A DNA stretch of 63,699 nucleotides, filler included, from Nemertoderma westbladi (taxonomy: Eukaryota > Animalia > Xenacoelomorpha), in NCBI GenBank assembly GCA_032718475.1. It is 3 parts of 3 records of this genome, joined end to end, with 100 filler letters (N's around TTAATTAATTAA, not from the genome) between each part and the next. Parts side by side here need not be neighbours in the genome. Positions count along the whole stretch, not along the records: positions 12,839 to 33,875 come from JAUCBJ010006030.1; positions 33,976 to 63,699 come from JAUCBJ010005989.1; 1 more part is not named here. One strand, 5' to 3'. Below are positions 23,549-34,970 of this stretch, piece by piece. The notes beneath the pieces are model-generated. The model worked only from the letters and a program-made list of their open reading frames with translations. It searched no databases and was not told where the DNA came from. Position 1 is the first letter of the stretch, and each line of letters begins with the position of its first letter. The translations under genes were made by a program, and so were the position numbers.

Positions 23549-26316
23549 CCCGATGGCAACCTTCGCCGCGAGGACTCCGTTATTCAGCTGCAGTTGTCGA
23601 ATCGTTGCGTTCTTCTCTCTGCACTCCGACTCCAACCTCTCTATAGTCCGTTTTCCTCTCCGCACCTCCGCGCTTAGTCTATCTATCTCCGCGGACACCA
23701 GAGTTTGCAGGGCGTAGAAAGTCTTCCCTATCGGGTTTCTTTCATGGTTCACGTTCATGTCACCGGTTTGACTCGTGTGATTGGACAATGTTGTTGTGTT
23801 AGAAAGGTTGAGAGGTTGTGAGTCCATCTCGTTGTTGATTGGCTCTTCATCCATCTCGTCTACGGTTTGTATCAATGAGCCACATATTGGGTTTCTGGAA
23901 TCCATCTGGTTTCCCTCGGAGTTCAGCTGGCTGCCCCCACTAGCCCCCGCACTAGTCCCGATTATTAACTCGCCGTTGTATTGTTGGGAGTTATTGCGAG
24001 TGTCGCACACAATGGGCATTAGTACATCGCTGGTTGGGTATAATTGGTTGCCGAGGTTATAACAACTGTCCAATTGGGTGCTTGATTCGGCTTTAATACC
24101 AATCTCACAAACTAAAATAATATGAGTAGACTTAATCAGGATCAAAATTACTCATAATTAAGAAATAATTCGGCTACTGAAGAATTAACTTATATAATTT
24201 AAGAATGACTCTAGTCCCGAATTTCTTGAATTCCGCCGCTTGATGGTCGGGAACACTAGATGGATTGACCAATCGCGGTGTGGTAATGATCAATTTTATA
24301 ATAAAATAGCGCTTGACAAAGCTCCCTACCCTACTGAATTACGCCGGACATTAAAAAAACCTTTCATGTGCTTGTTACTTATTCAGGTAACTATGGTGAT
24401 ATCTTATATTACACACCATATCATACAAAAACCATACTTTATTTCCGCTCTTGATTTGAACTTACAATTATTCCTAGCGGTAGTTGCGGCCTGACCGATT
24501 TTGTGCTGATTGGGTCTGCCCCTTGGTTTGGGACCCGTGGAATGGTTGGGCCGACAGTGTGGGTGCAACGCTGCCTCGGTTGCGTGTCGTAAGGGCATCA
24601 CGGAGACTTTACGCAGACCCCTTCGTGGTGGGGCGACGTGGTTGTGGTCGCAGTCTAAGCTGATAGAACGCAGTGTCTCCCCCAATGATATTCCCTTGGC
24701 TTTACAATTCTTATAGGTGCAACTAAGGGGTCATAATATAAATAATTTAATAACAGACAAGCCGTATTTAGGGTGCGACAAAACATACTCAATGCTTACG
24801 TCAATTAGACTTGTTGTCAAGGGAGTTTCAATACGCCCAACAAATAATCTACAATTATAATATTATCAATTTATTTCTCCCTCAAGGGGAGGGGGGGGGG
24901 GGGGGGGGGGGGGGGTGGCTCTGCTGTGGATTTCAAAGGTAGTTTCGTCCCTGATGATGCCCCTAGGGGGAGAAATACATTAATTGGTAATATTATAATT
25001 GAAGATATTTGTTGGGCGTATAGAAACTCCCGTGACAACAAGTCTAATTGACGTAAGCATTGAGTATATAAATATAAGCGTTTTCTATAACCGGTTATGA
25101 AAACCTTTTCCATCTACTGACATTTACCCAATAATGTTTCATGTTGGTGGTGGTTTGGTGGTGTGTGGCATTTGTTTGAGGTGCATAATTATAGTTCTCG
25201 GGGGATAATATTCGTTCAAATTTGCTGTGTTCAATGCTGTGTTAGTGGCGGTTGCCTGGTACATTACTTTACTGTTATATGTACAGCTGTAATGTGATAT
25301 CTTTTCTTTTTTAGTATTTATGATAATGTGCTTAATAACAGCGTCGTTAAAAATTATAATACTACCTGAGTTAATTAGCGTTACATTTTAGGCATAAAAA
25401 CAATAATTAGCCCAGTTTTATAGCAAATGTTAGCAGTTAAACTTTTGATTTTTTAGTTCGGGTTTTACATTCTGTTTGGATTCAGTAAATGGAGTTCTGA
25501 TCTAATTCAGTAACAGAAAACTGTCAAGGCTACCAGTGTATAATACCTAACACACATCGAGACCTTAAACCAGATCACGTAAATTTCATTTCGGATTCAG
25601 TAAATTTAGCAGCGCAGGGAACCGCAGATTAAACCCTGAAAATTTTAAATCTGTCATATTTGGAATGATAAGCATTTTACTCTAAAACAATATTTGTTTA
25701 ATACCGCAGAATCCAAGCCATAGATTGATCAATTAATTGTTGTATTCACGTGCTGCGCGAAGTTCCTAGGAACCGCATATCACTCACCGCCAGTATACAG
25801 TCTGTCCATACTGCCGACTGCAGTAGAATTTATAGCCCATGGTACTTTCTAGTATCGGTGATCCTTTTGCGTTTGGTCTCAGATGGTACATAGACACGTC
25901 CACCCCAGGAGCTATGAATGATATAAAATTAAAATATAGCATTGAAAAGGGAATTACGCCTGCAACTTATTTTTCCAGTGCGGTGCCCCAGGGTACCTAA
26001 AGTTAGTTCTGTACTACGCTCAACGAAAATATCGTATATACGAAATTGGTACTCATTTAGCGAACGTCCGTTCCCACTAACCTCCGTATAGCACCATGCT
26101 TGTTGACAACGGTTTGGGTCTCTCAGTTGGGGTCTGGGAGCTGCTCTGTCTGGTCGTTTTTATCATTGTGGGCCTCTCATCTTTAAACGGTAGTAGAGCA
26201 CCCGGGCACACCCCGAAAGCAGGTTGTCTGACCTCTGTTGTCGGACTAATTGAGGCTATTAGATTAGGGCTAATTGTTGGTTTTTCTATGTATCCAATTG
26301 GAGGGGAGTTTGACAT
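23510..26316 (-). CDS. Four-exon FLYWCH-type zinc-finger protein (405 aa) with AT-hook-like motif and C-terminal coiled coil
   Basis: Exons 26316-26082, 25911-25788, 24722-24466 and 24111-23510 (235+124+257+602=1218 nt), all GT-AG with compatible phases 1, 2, 1. The exon 2/3 join reads YHL...GSPILESTMGYKFYCSRQYGQTVYWRCTYKNCKAKGISLGETLRSISLDCDHNH (L..GYxF..YWRC-x4-C-x19-HNH), followed by KPRGRP and a heptad-rich C-terminal segment. Confidence 0.82.
24788..25064. mobile_element. Small palindromic TA-flanked MITE in intron 2 of the FLYWCH gene
   Basis: ta|ctcaatgcttacgtcaattagacttgttgtca ... tgacaacaagtctaattgacgtaagcattgag|ta; the inverted match extends about 100 bp inward around a poly-G centre. 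Confidence 0.8.
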
Positions 26317-27280
26317 AATTATTATTAACAGAAATTAATTTTAAACATGAAATTATACCTATTTACTTTTAGTTAGTAAATTTAATTTGTCTCTAAATGT
26401 TTTTTCCTACTAAACAAAACAAGTATCTTGTGAAATTAATCAAATAATTAATAGTTTATGTTCTAAATTGTAAGTAATATAAATTTCGTGCAAAAAATTA
26501 ACAATGTTCTAATCTGCCCTTTCTACACTGTATACTGTAGTTAATTAATAGTTCTAATTTCCTATTTATACGACACTTATCTGTCATACTAAACCAATAG
26601 AACGGGAAATCAACTAATCTACTACCCAGTAGGCAGCCATGTTTAACAATATTTGAACAAAATGAAATAGCTCGAATAATTATTGGTAGTTGCCCCGACC
26701 TTTAGTGCCTTGGTATTAAAGACGGTGACTGATGATATTGTGTGGGGTTGGGGTCGAATTCCTGTTTCTATAGCAACCGGAATGTATTATCCTATAGGTT
26801 TAGTTGATGTGGGAACGTGGCTCATTAATTAGAGACAAAGAGGGTATTGGACGCAAATCCCATCTCGGCGAATAATATTCGTCCCAATGTCAACTTACCA
26901 ATTTAGTGAAAGGAGCAGGTTACAGTGGCACGTTATTCTAACCAAAACAATACACCAAATTTAATCGTACAGGTTACAGTTTTATTTTTGAGAGTAATCA
27001 GCTGTTATTTGCATGGATTTTCCCCTGGAGAGGGAAGAATTTTGATTGTATCGAAAGTATCTGGTATAATTAACAAAAAACAATTATCGCCATTATAATA
27101 CTATATCACAGCAACGATTTGATTGGTTGCATGCGAAAAGGCATCGGTTACCACTTGACTAACGATTTAGTGTAGTTACTTGTAGGCCTATAATACTTAA
27201 CCGCTTCCCTATATACCGCCATTGAAACCAAACATTTGATGATTTACCATTGAGTCCAAACTCCAAACTACCTGTAATTA

Positions 27281-27440
27281 ACTATAGAGGAGGTATCCGT
27301 TCCGTACCTTATATTATGGAACTGCATGTAATACTATAGAGGAGGTATCCGTTCCGTACCTTATATTATGGAACTGCATGTAATACTATAGAGGAGGTAT
27401 CCGTTCCGTACAGTCTTATATTATGGAACTGCATGTAATA
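27281..27440 (+). repeat. 52-bp direct repeat, three copies
   Basis: actatagaggaggtatccgttccgtaccttatattatggaactgcatgtaat starting at 27281, 27333 and 27385. Confidence 0.93.
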
Positions 27441-28174
27441 TTATCTAATTAGCATAATAATAAATACAGTGAAATATAGTTGATATAATGTTATAATAAA
27501 ATAAGGTGAAAAATTAAGTGTAATCGCGACTTTTTGAAAATATCAATTTATAACTTAAATACTAATCGTTTGAACACTACATTAGAACTTGCATTCATGG
27601 ATTTCTATCTGTATTTGATAAATTAAATCTTCCATCCCTCCGTTTTATCCATTCATTTAACCGGCACCCCATGATTCCATAAAAATTGCAGCCGTTACCA
27701 TGGTAACACCTCGAGATTTCGTGCTGGTAGTTCTCTGCGGTTGTGGCTGGTTATTCTCAGCAGTATAGCTCTATTTAGAAATAATGAGATTGTGTTAAAA
27801 AAGTGGGGGAGTTTGGGTATAGTTGGGGTTCTTTACATATCGGTACAGTTACAGGTATTGTACCTGTACCGGAAGTTATGGATTGGATTGGTATGGATAT
27901 CGGGAATATTATTATCAGATTACATCTATTTAAACTCGTATTACAATATTAAGCCTTTTTAGTGAAGTTAAATAATATGGATGGCCTTTCAATGGTTTTT
28001 ATATATTTTTATTCTTCTGCCTTCGAACTATTTTATTACTACTTGTACCCCAATGACATAAAGTAAACAGTCTGCAAAACGGGAGACAGGGGGGGAGGAG
28101 TAAACAATATTAATTATAAATTAAGGAGAAACCAAAACAATAAACGAAAGTCAATAAATAGCACAGGTTACAGT

Positions 28175-28400
28175 TTTATTTCTATTCATAATAAGCTATT
28201 TTTTTGCTCGATTTCCCCTATGTGGGCTACAAAACTTGCTTTCATTGGCTGTTAGGCCAGGGAATACACTGAATGTCTGCGACTTATTTCCACTGCGGTC
28301 CCCCCAGAACTTTACTCCCCAGAGGAAATATTGGTATTCGTTTAGCGATGTGCCATACAGGGATCGAACCCACGACCTCTGGAAATGGGACCTGGGTTGA
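28175..28400 (-). mobile_element. Possible tRNA-derived SINE fragment
   Basis: Minus strand ccagaggtcgtgggttcgatccc is a Pol III B-box/T-arm-like motif, followed by a ~200-nt body and an A-rich end; no A-box or full cloverleaf seen. Confidence 0.35.
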
Positions 28401-28636
28401 GTTTTATTGCGTATGTGTACCCCCCCCCCCCCCCCCCCCCCCCCCCAATAAGTACTGTAAAACATACATCAATTATTAATGTGATTGATATAGGCAACTT
28501 ATTCAGTAGCTGTCAATTACAGCTCCGCTCCATAAATCAAGTGAAACCTGGACATATAGACACATTCCGGACTTACTGACACGCATCCATGATTTCCTGA
28601 CAGCGAGAATCCCTAACGATCTTCTAATTATTACAG

Positions 28637-28802
28637 ATGGTAAAGGCGGAGCGTCTGGATATTCCGGGGAGGCCCCCCATCTTCGTTTACTGTGCAGTCT
28701 AACGGGGGGTACAACCCCCAGCCAATGGGACGATATCACGGGAAACACACCGCTAACCTACATGCGTGATTCCGTATCATTCTCTACCCCGTTGTCGGCC
28801 AG
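28637..28802 (+). CDS. ANK: Ankyrin (canonical, spectrin-binding) internal exon, end of ZU5-B domain
   Basis: ttacag| ... |gtgag. Translation [55 protein letters not shown] matches the ankyrin LRLLCS..GGT..AQWEDITG.T.L....VSF.T.VSAR motif. Missed by the ORF track. Confidence 0.92.
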
Positions 28803-30220
28803 GTGAGATGAGAACCTTAATAGTACTGTAGAAAATATATGACACAATAGTAATAAAAATAACTTTAGCCATTGAAAACAATGGCTTATTTTTCCTCTGA
28901 CCCGGAAAAAAGTTATTTTTTTTCATCACCAAACCGTCGCATTGTATCAATCCTCACCAAAGTGTAGGCCCTACCTTTGTTATTTTTTAATAGTCAAACA
29001 AAGTAGCTTCGTTTTCAACCTTTTTATGAGACGTTTTGGTTTGTAGGTGACACACCATAGTACAGTATTTCTCTATCAATCTTCTGCCATATCAACATTA
29101 ACACTCTCACCATGATGCTCTTTCCATTGATGTATAAAATCATGTTTTCATAGTTTCGACTGTTCCTTTAATCTCTTTGTTATCACTTTTATTGTGTTAT
29201 TTATTACTTTTTTTGATTACCATTTTCGGACAACTCTTCGATTTATCACTCTCAGCGTTTCAAAATTGTTTGGTTTTGGCTATAATTTGACATATAGGTG
29301 CCTAAGATACTATTCTACATGACAGGTCAGAAAAATTTTACTTTTCGCTATTTAATATTAGTTAATACTAGTTCACAACAAAAAAAACTTGGTTGCGCTT
29401 AAAACCCTAAGGATTTTACAGTCTTGAATCTAATCACATGAAAGTTTTTTATACGATAGATCGAAGATGGGGCAACATAACTATCAGGCGAAATTTTGTT
29501 AAAATAATTCTGCACCGCTAGGTGGCGCTGCAAATTTATGCTAAATTTTTAGGTTTGTTATAAATAGTATTACATTATATTATGAAAAAATTTCGAAAAG
29601 TTGTCTGATACTTTTATGCAGGGTGGCTATCTAGACACCCACAGAATGTTTCAGACTAATTGCTCAAAAATTGTAGAAGTAGTAGGGTTTTGAAGTTGAC
29701 AATTTCATAAAAAAAAATTTGTAGATAATCGACCTTTCCTTATACATAGTAATAGTAATTTCAATAGGATTCCCTAAATGGAATTTGTTATAACTTGAAA
29801 ACTAAAAGAGCTATTAAATAGCGGTTTTCAGAGTGCGATATAACCGATCATAAAAATATTTTTGGCATATTTTGGACTAAAATGACCCCCCCCCCCCCCT
29901 TAACTTATTAATCATATCGGTAAACGTTAACAATATTTTAATATTCTTACCCGGGAAAAGAAATATATAATTAAAAAACATGCTATCTTATTGGTTTGGG
30001 ATTGGATAATATAGATATGAAATATGGATATTCGTATCAAAAGTAGCAATTTGAGAAAAAATATTTTTTTCTTCAACCATCGTTAAAAATATGATTTTAT
30101 TATTTTACGAATATTACGATAAATTGGTCTGACGAGAAATATTCCTTTCGTGTTGGTATTTATTTTTACACTATCGGGGTCTTTCGATCTTCTATTAACT
30201 AATATGTTGTTATCCGTTAG

Positions 30221-30449
30221 ATATTGGCTTATAGACTGTCGTCAAGGAGCTGACGTTGTGTCTGTAGCTCGACAGATGTACAGGGAATTGGTACCGGTGC
30301 CCTACATGGCCAAGTTCGTTGTGTTCGCTAAACGTCACGACCCGGTGGAGGCCAGACTCCGGGTCTTCTGTATGACCGACGATAAGGTTGATAAAACGCT
30401 GGAGCGACAAGAACAGTTCGCAGAGATTGCGAGAAGTCGGGATGTTGAG
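30221..30449 (+). CDS. ANK: Ankyrin internal exon, ZU5-B/UPA junction
   Basis: ccgttag| ... GAG|gtatgt; a phase-2 join completes Arg with the previous exon. YWLIDCRQ...[51 protein letters not shown] is the highly conserved ankyrin UPA N-terminus. Confidence 0.95.
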
Positions 30450-31040
30450 GTATGTTGACACTCCCCCCAGCCCACTGCACTGCACTGTGTAGTGCATAGT
30501 TGCAGTGCAATGATTGGTGCACTGACAGCGACAGGTGCAGGTTTCAAGAACTAACAGTTCTAGCCCTGGTATTTATTTGTACTGTAACCTGACGGCATGG
30601 CATGACTGGCATACTGATGGCATGCAGTGCAGTATATTCTTTTGTCAGTATTTAGGGTTCTGTACAACCTTGCTTGCTACCTTAGACTTTATGGGGTATA
30701 TCGTTTTTTTTATTCTGGTTAGGGTCGCTTAGGGTCACTACCAGTTAAATTACTGGGAGCAAATCTTGGGATAGGAGTAGCGCCCACCCCTACCCTCGGG
30801 TCACTTTGTCGTGTTATAATTAAATAAAACTATAGTTAGCCTTCCCTTGGACCTTAGATGGGCACTAATTTCTTAGAATATGACTTAAGGTAAGGGTTAC
30901 ATTAACAGTTTGAATAAGGGTGGCCGCCACTCTTGTAACCTGCGAGAGTAATACAATGTGTTAGTACATGAAAGTGAAAGTACATTACCGAATTTAATTT
31001 ATTTATAAGCAATTGAAACGAAAATATATTGAGAGTTAAA

Positions 31041-32247
31041 TTGCCACCGGAGACACGTTGCCACCGGAGACACATTGCCACCGGAGACACGTTGCCACCG
31101 GAGACACGTTGCCACCGGAGACACGTTGCCACCGGAGACACGTTGCCACCGGAGACACGTTGCCACCGGAGACACGTTGCCACCGGAGACACGTTGCCAC
31201 CGGAGACACGTTGCCACCGGAGACGCGTTGCCATCGGAGACACGTTGCCACCGGAGACACGTTGCCACCGGAGACACGTTGCCACCGGAGACACGTTGCC
31301 ACCGGAGACACATTGCCACCGGAGACACGTTGCCACCGGAGACACATTGCCACCGGAGACACGTTGCCACCGGAGACACGTTGCCACCGGAGACACGTTG
31401 CCACCGGAGTCACATTGCCACCGGAGACACGTTGCCACCGGAGACACATTGCCACCGGAGACACGTTGCCACCGGAGACACGTTGCCACCGGAGACACGT
31501 TGCCACCGGAGACACGTTGCCACCGGAGACACGTTGCCACCGGAGATACGTTGCCACCGGAGACACGTTGCCACCGGAGACACGTTGCCACCGGAGACAC
31601 GTTGCCACCGGAGACGCGTTGCCACCGGAGACACGTTGCCACCGGAGACACGTTGCCACCGGAGACACGTTGCCACCGGAGACACGTTGCCACCGGAGAC
31701 ACATTGCCACCGGAGACACGTTGCCACCGGAGACACATTGCCACCGGAGACACGTTGCCACCGGAGACACGTTGCCACCGGAGACACGTTGCCACCGGAG
31801 TCACATTGCCACCGGAGACACGTTGCCACCGGAGACACATTGCCACCGGAGACACGTTGCCACCGGAGACACATTGCCACCGGAGACACGTTGCCACCGG
31901 AGACACGTTGCCACCGGAGACACGTTGCCACCGGAGACACGTTGCCACCGGAGACACATTGCCACCGGAGACACGTTGCCACCGGAGACACGTTGCCACC
32001 GGAGACACGTTGCCACCGGAGACACGTTGCCACCGGAGACACATTGCCACCGGAGACACGTTGCCACCGGAGACACATTGCCACCGGAGACACGTTGCCA
32101 CCGGAGACACATTGCCACCGGAGACACGTTGCCACCGGAGACACATTGCCACCGGAGACACGTTGCCACTGGAGACACGTTGCCACCGGAGACACGTTGC
32201 CACCGGAGACACGTTGCCACCGGAGACACGTTGCCACCGGAGACACC
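31041..32247 (+). repeat. 17-bp minisatellite (ttgccaccggagacacg), about 70 copies
   Basis: Direct periodicity; source of all ORFs on both strands between 30902 and 32304. Confidence 0.98.
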
Positions 32248-32446
32248 GGTTCAAACCTAGAAACTGAAGAACTAGATAGTTTGTTCATCCAAAGTGCGGT
32301 TTAATTATTTATTTATTAAATCTACGAATGTTAAAACATTAAAAGATTCTATTTGTTTGCATCACTCGCCATTGTGGTACTTTCGTTGTCGATATATAGA
32401 GATTTGACCGAAGGCTTATAAATGCAGCTGAGCCTCTATGATGGGG

Positions 32447-32716
32447 TCAGCCATACATTGCTACCCCCCCCCCCCCCCCCCCTTTCAAAATATTCATAAC
32501 TTTATGAAATTTATTTTCCATTGTCTGTTTTATATTTAATATATCACGCTCATCTCTCTTTTTCTTTTCATCTTCACTAAAAATATTTTCGGATTTTTTA
32601 AATTTTTTTGGTAACGGAGCCATTATTTTTTCCTTTCTATGTGTTTCCATATGACGAGATAAATTGTCTTGTCTCATTTCTTTATGACAAACCAAACAAC
32701 TTTCATGTCTATGCAT
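32447..32716 (-). CDS. Small ORF or pseudogene with one N-terminal C2H2 zinc finger
   Basis: ATG-initiated MHRHESCLVCHKEMRQDNLSRHMETH (C-x2-C-x11-H-x3-H) followed by a Lys/Glu-rich helix; the 3' end crosses a poly-G tract. Confidence 0.4.
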   Translation of the reverse strand: MHRHESCLVCHKEMRQDNLSRHMETHRKEKIMAPLPKKFKKSENIFSEDEKKKRDERDILNIKQTMENKFHKVMNILKGGGGGGVAMYG

Positions 32717-33875
32717 TATATAGCAATGTCAATTGATAATATAGAATTTAGCTAAAGCTAAATGATTTTACAAAATTTTAAATAAATAAAACTTTTATGA
32801 AAATTTTTTATGAAATAGAAGATAGAGCGATATAAGTGTTACAAAATAAATTGAAAAATTGAACTGTAGTATTTTACTATATATATTGCTTGCATAGTTA
32901 CTGCGATTCAAATTACTGAATTCTTCAACTCCTTATGCTGCCTTACTCAATGTTAAATAATTTACTGTTCTAGAATATCAATTACGTAACTAGAGAGTCG
33001 CTTAACCACCTAAACCAATATTGGGTAGGATTTTGTTCAAATTGCGTGCAAACCCTTTCTACGTCGATGCTCTTTCAATACATGTAATACAATTTAAGAA
33101 ATTCCTCCAAAAATATTTTTATTATTAAATTGTTACTTTTTCGCTCGAAAATTGTACCCCAAAATCGGGAGAAAAAGGTTACCTTTTTTCCCTAGGGAAA
33201 AACGTATCCCATAGGATTGCATTGATTTTACTTTTTTTTCCTGGCGAAAAAAGTAACTGGTAATAGGTGGCCGCGAGATGAAAGATATTTCACTGATAAA
33301 TTATTAATTCAATATTATAATAACGTTGCGTCCGAAATCCCCGTGAATGTATTGTTTCCATCGGCGGGAAAGCTCTCTTGGGAATCGAGTTGTCTGTCTT
33401 TAGTATTCAGTAACCGTAGCTTCACGTCGTCTCCTCAAGGTACTTATTTTATGAAGCAGAGGATACTGGAGGGGAGGGGGGGGGGGGGTTTGGACTTGTC
33501 CATGGAATAGTGATATAACAAGACAGGCAACCGCTCCCTCAACACTAGCGCACTTGGAATTGGGACGGAAGTTATGCTTAAATATGCTACATAGGGGGCG
33601 TTCATTCATGTCACGCAAGCTCGAACCCACCCTCTCCCCTCTGTACCATTTGTAAATTTCCATAAGTACGTGTGTGCCATAGTCACTGCGGGTAAGGTTA
33701 TACAGTTATAGAGCGATCAGTGAGAAAAAATGTAATAAGAACTGTGCGAAAGGGGAGGGGGTGGGGAAACTAGACGCAAAACCCGCCTTGACGAATTAAT
33801 ATCCCGCCTCAATGTTAATTCTCAATTTAGGGAAAGGAGCAGGTTACAGTGGCACGTAATTTTATCCAAAACAAT

Positions 33876-33975
33876 NNNNNNNNNNNNNNNNNNNNNNNNN
33901 NNNNNNNNNNNNNNNNNNNTTAATTAATTAANNNNNNNNNNNNNNNNNNNNNNNNNNNNNNNNNNNNNNNNNNNN
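33876..33975. other. Artificial 100-nt gap/linker
   Basis: N-run + ttaattaattaa + N-run. Confidence 0.97.
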
Positions 33976-34359
33976 TCAAGTACCAGTAGGCAGAGTATAA
34001 CAGAAGCGAGTGGGTCATTATACACAGACAGCTTGTTGTATGAATGCTACACAGTGCACAGTGGGGGGTTACGCGAGTTAGAGTTGGGTTTGAGTAAACC
34101 AGACATGGTGTGAGTTAGTAAGAGTGAGGTAAGAAAGAAGGTACCCAGTTTGAGAAACGGTATCTAGAATGAGATAGGGACTGTACTGTACTATATAATG
34201 GTGAATGTTCTAGAACCTTAAAAGATATCATTATATTATGGTAGCTAGTATTTTTTTGAAAATAAAAAAATTTTACTTTTTTTTGTTAACATTATTAGTT
34301 ATGGTAGCTATTATGGTGTTTTTATGGAGCTTGTGAATTATTTACTAGCTATTGATAGT

Positions 34360-34970
34360 ATGTTTTTAAAATGGGCATTACTATGGTATGTATAAGCCAA
34401 AATTGAAAATTTTAATATATCATTTTCTGGACTCATATTTGTTTTATTTTTTATTTATTGTTCCAGAACACGTTAGCTATTAATTTTTTTAAATGATGTT
34501 CTAGAACAATTATTGTTTGTTCTAGAACATTTTTAGAAAAAATCTGGGTTCTATTTAAAATACAATACAAAAATTTTGGAAATTTTTTATTGATTTTAAT
34601 TTTTAAACACGTTATAAAACGATTCCATGCGTTTTAAATAGAATCCAGATTTTTTCTAAAAAATGTTCTAGAACAAAAAATATTTGTTCTATAACATAAT
34701 TTTATTAAAAACAATTAGCTGACCTGTTCTGGAACATTATCTATACAAATAGTAATAAGAACTAGATACTACAAAATATTTACAGAAGCAAGTATGATGT
34801 CGGAACCAGTTTTGAAATTTCTAGCTAATAATTTTTATTGTCCGTTGAAATCACTCATTGTGTCCTCTGATTTTGACTTTTTATGTTATAGTAACATTGA
34901 GGAAAACAATTATTCAATTTTCAATAAACAATTTTTGCTTATACATACCATAATAATGCCTTTAAAATGT
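34360..34970. mobile_element. Degenerate foldback/MITE-like inverted repeat rich in TTCTAGAA
   Basis: 34459-34560 is the reverse complement of about 34631-34736; ggcattactatggtatgtataagc (about 34375-34397) pairs with gcttatacataccataataatgcc (about 34937-34960). Confidence 0.65.

Noticed and set aside
20095-23646. 1183-, 822- and 722-aa ORFs
   Set aside because: All three plus-strand frames of a 38-bp repeat; not protein-coding.
24871-24962. Apparent extra FLYWCH-gene exon (ccccctag|GASSGTKLPLK...)
   Set aside because: Lies inside the palindromic MITE, has no GT donor, and the gene splices in frame without it.
26690-26770. tRNA-like B-box (ggtcgaattcc)
   Set aside because: No convincing cloverleaf; at most a decayed SINE head.
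30902-32304. 400-450 aa ORFs on both strands
   Set aside because: Translations of the 17-bp array.
33976-34113. Open frame at segment start (...TDSLLYECYTVHSGGLRELELGLSKPDMV-stop)
   Set aside because: Could be a terminal exon, but it is only about 45 codons, truncated by the gap, with no recognised homology.
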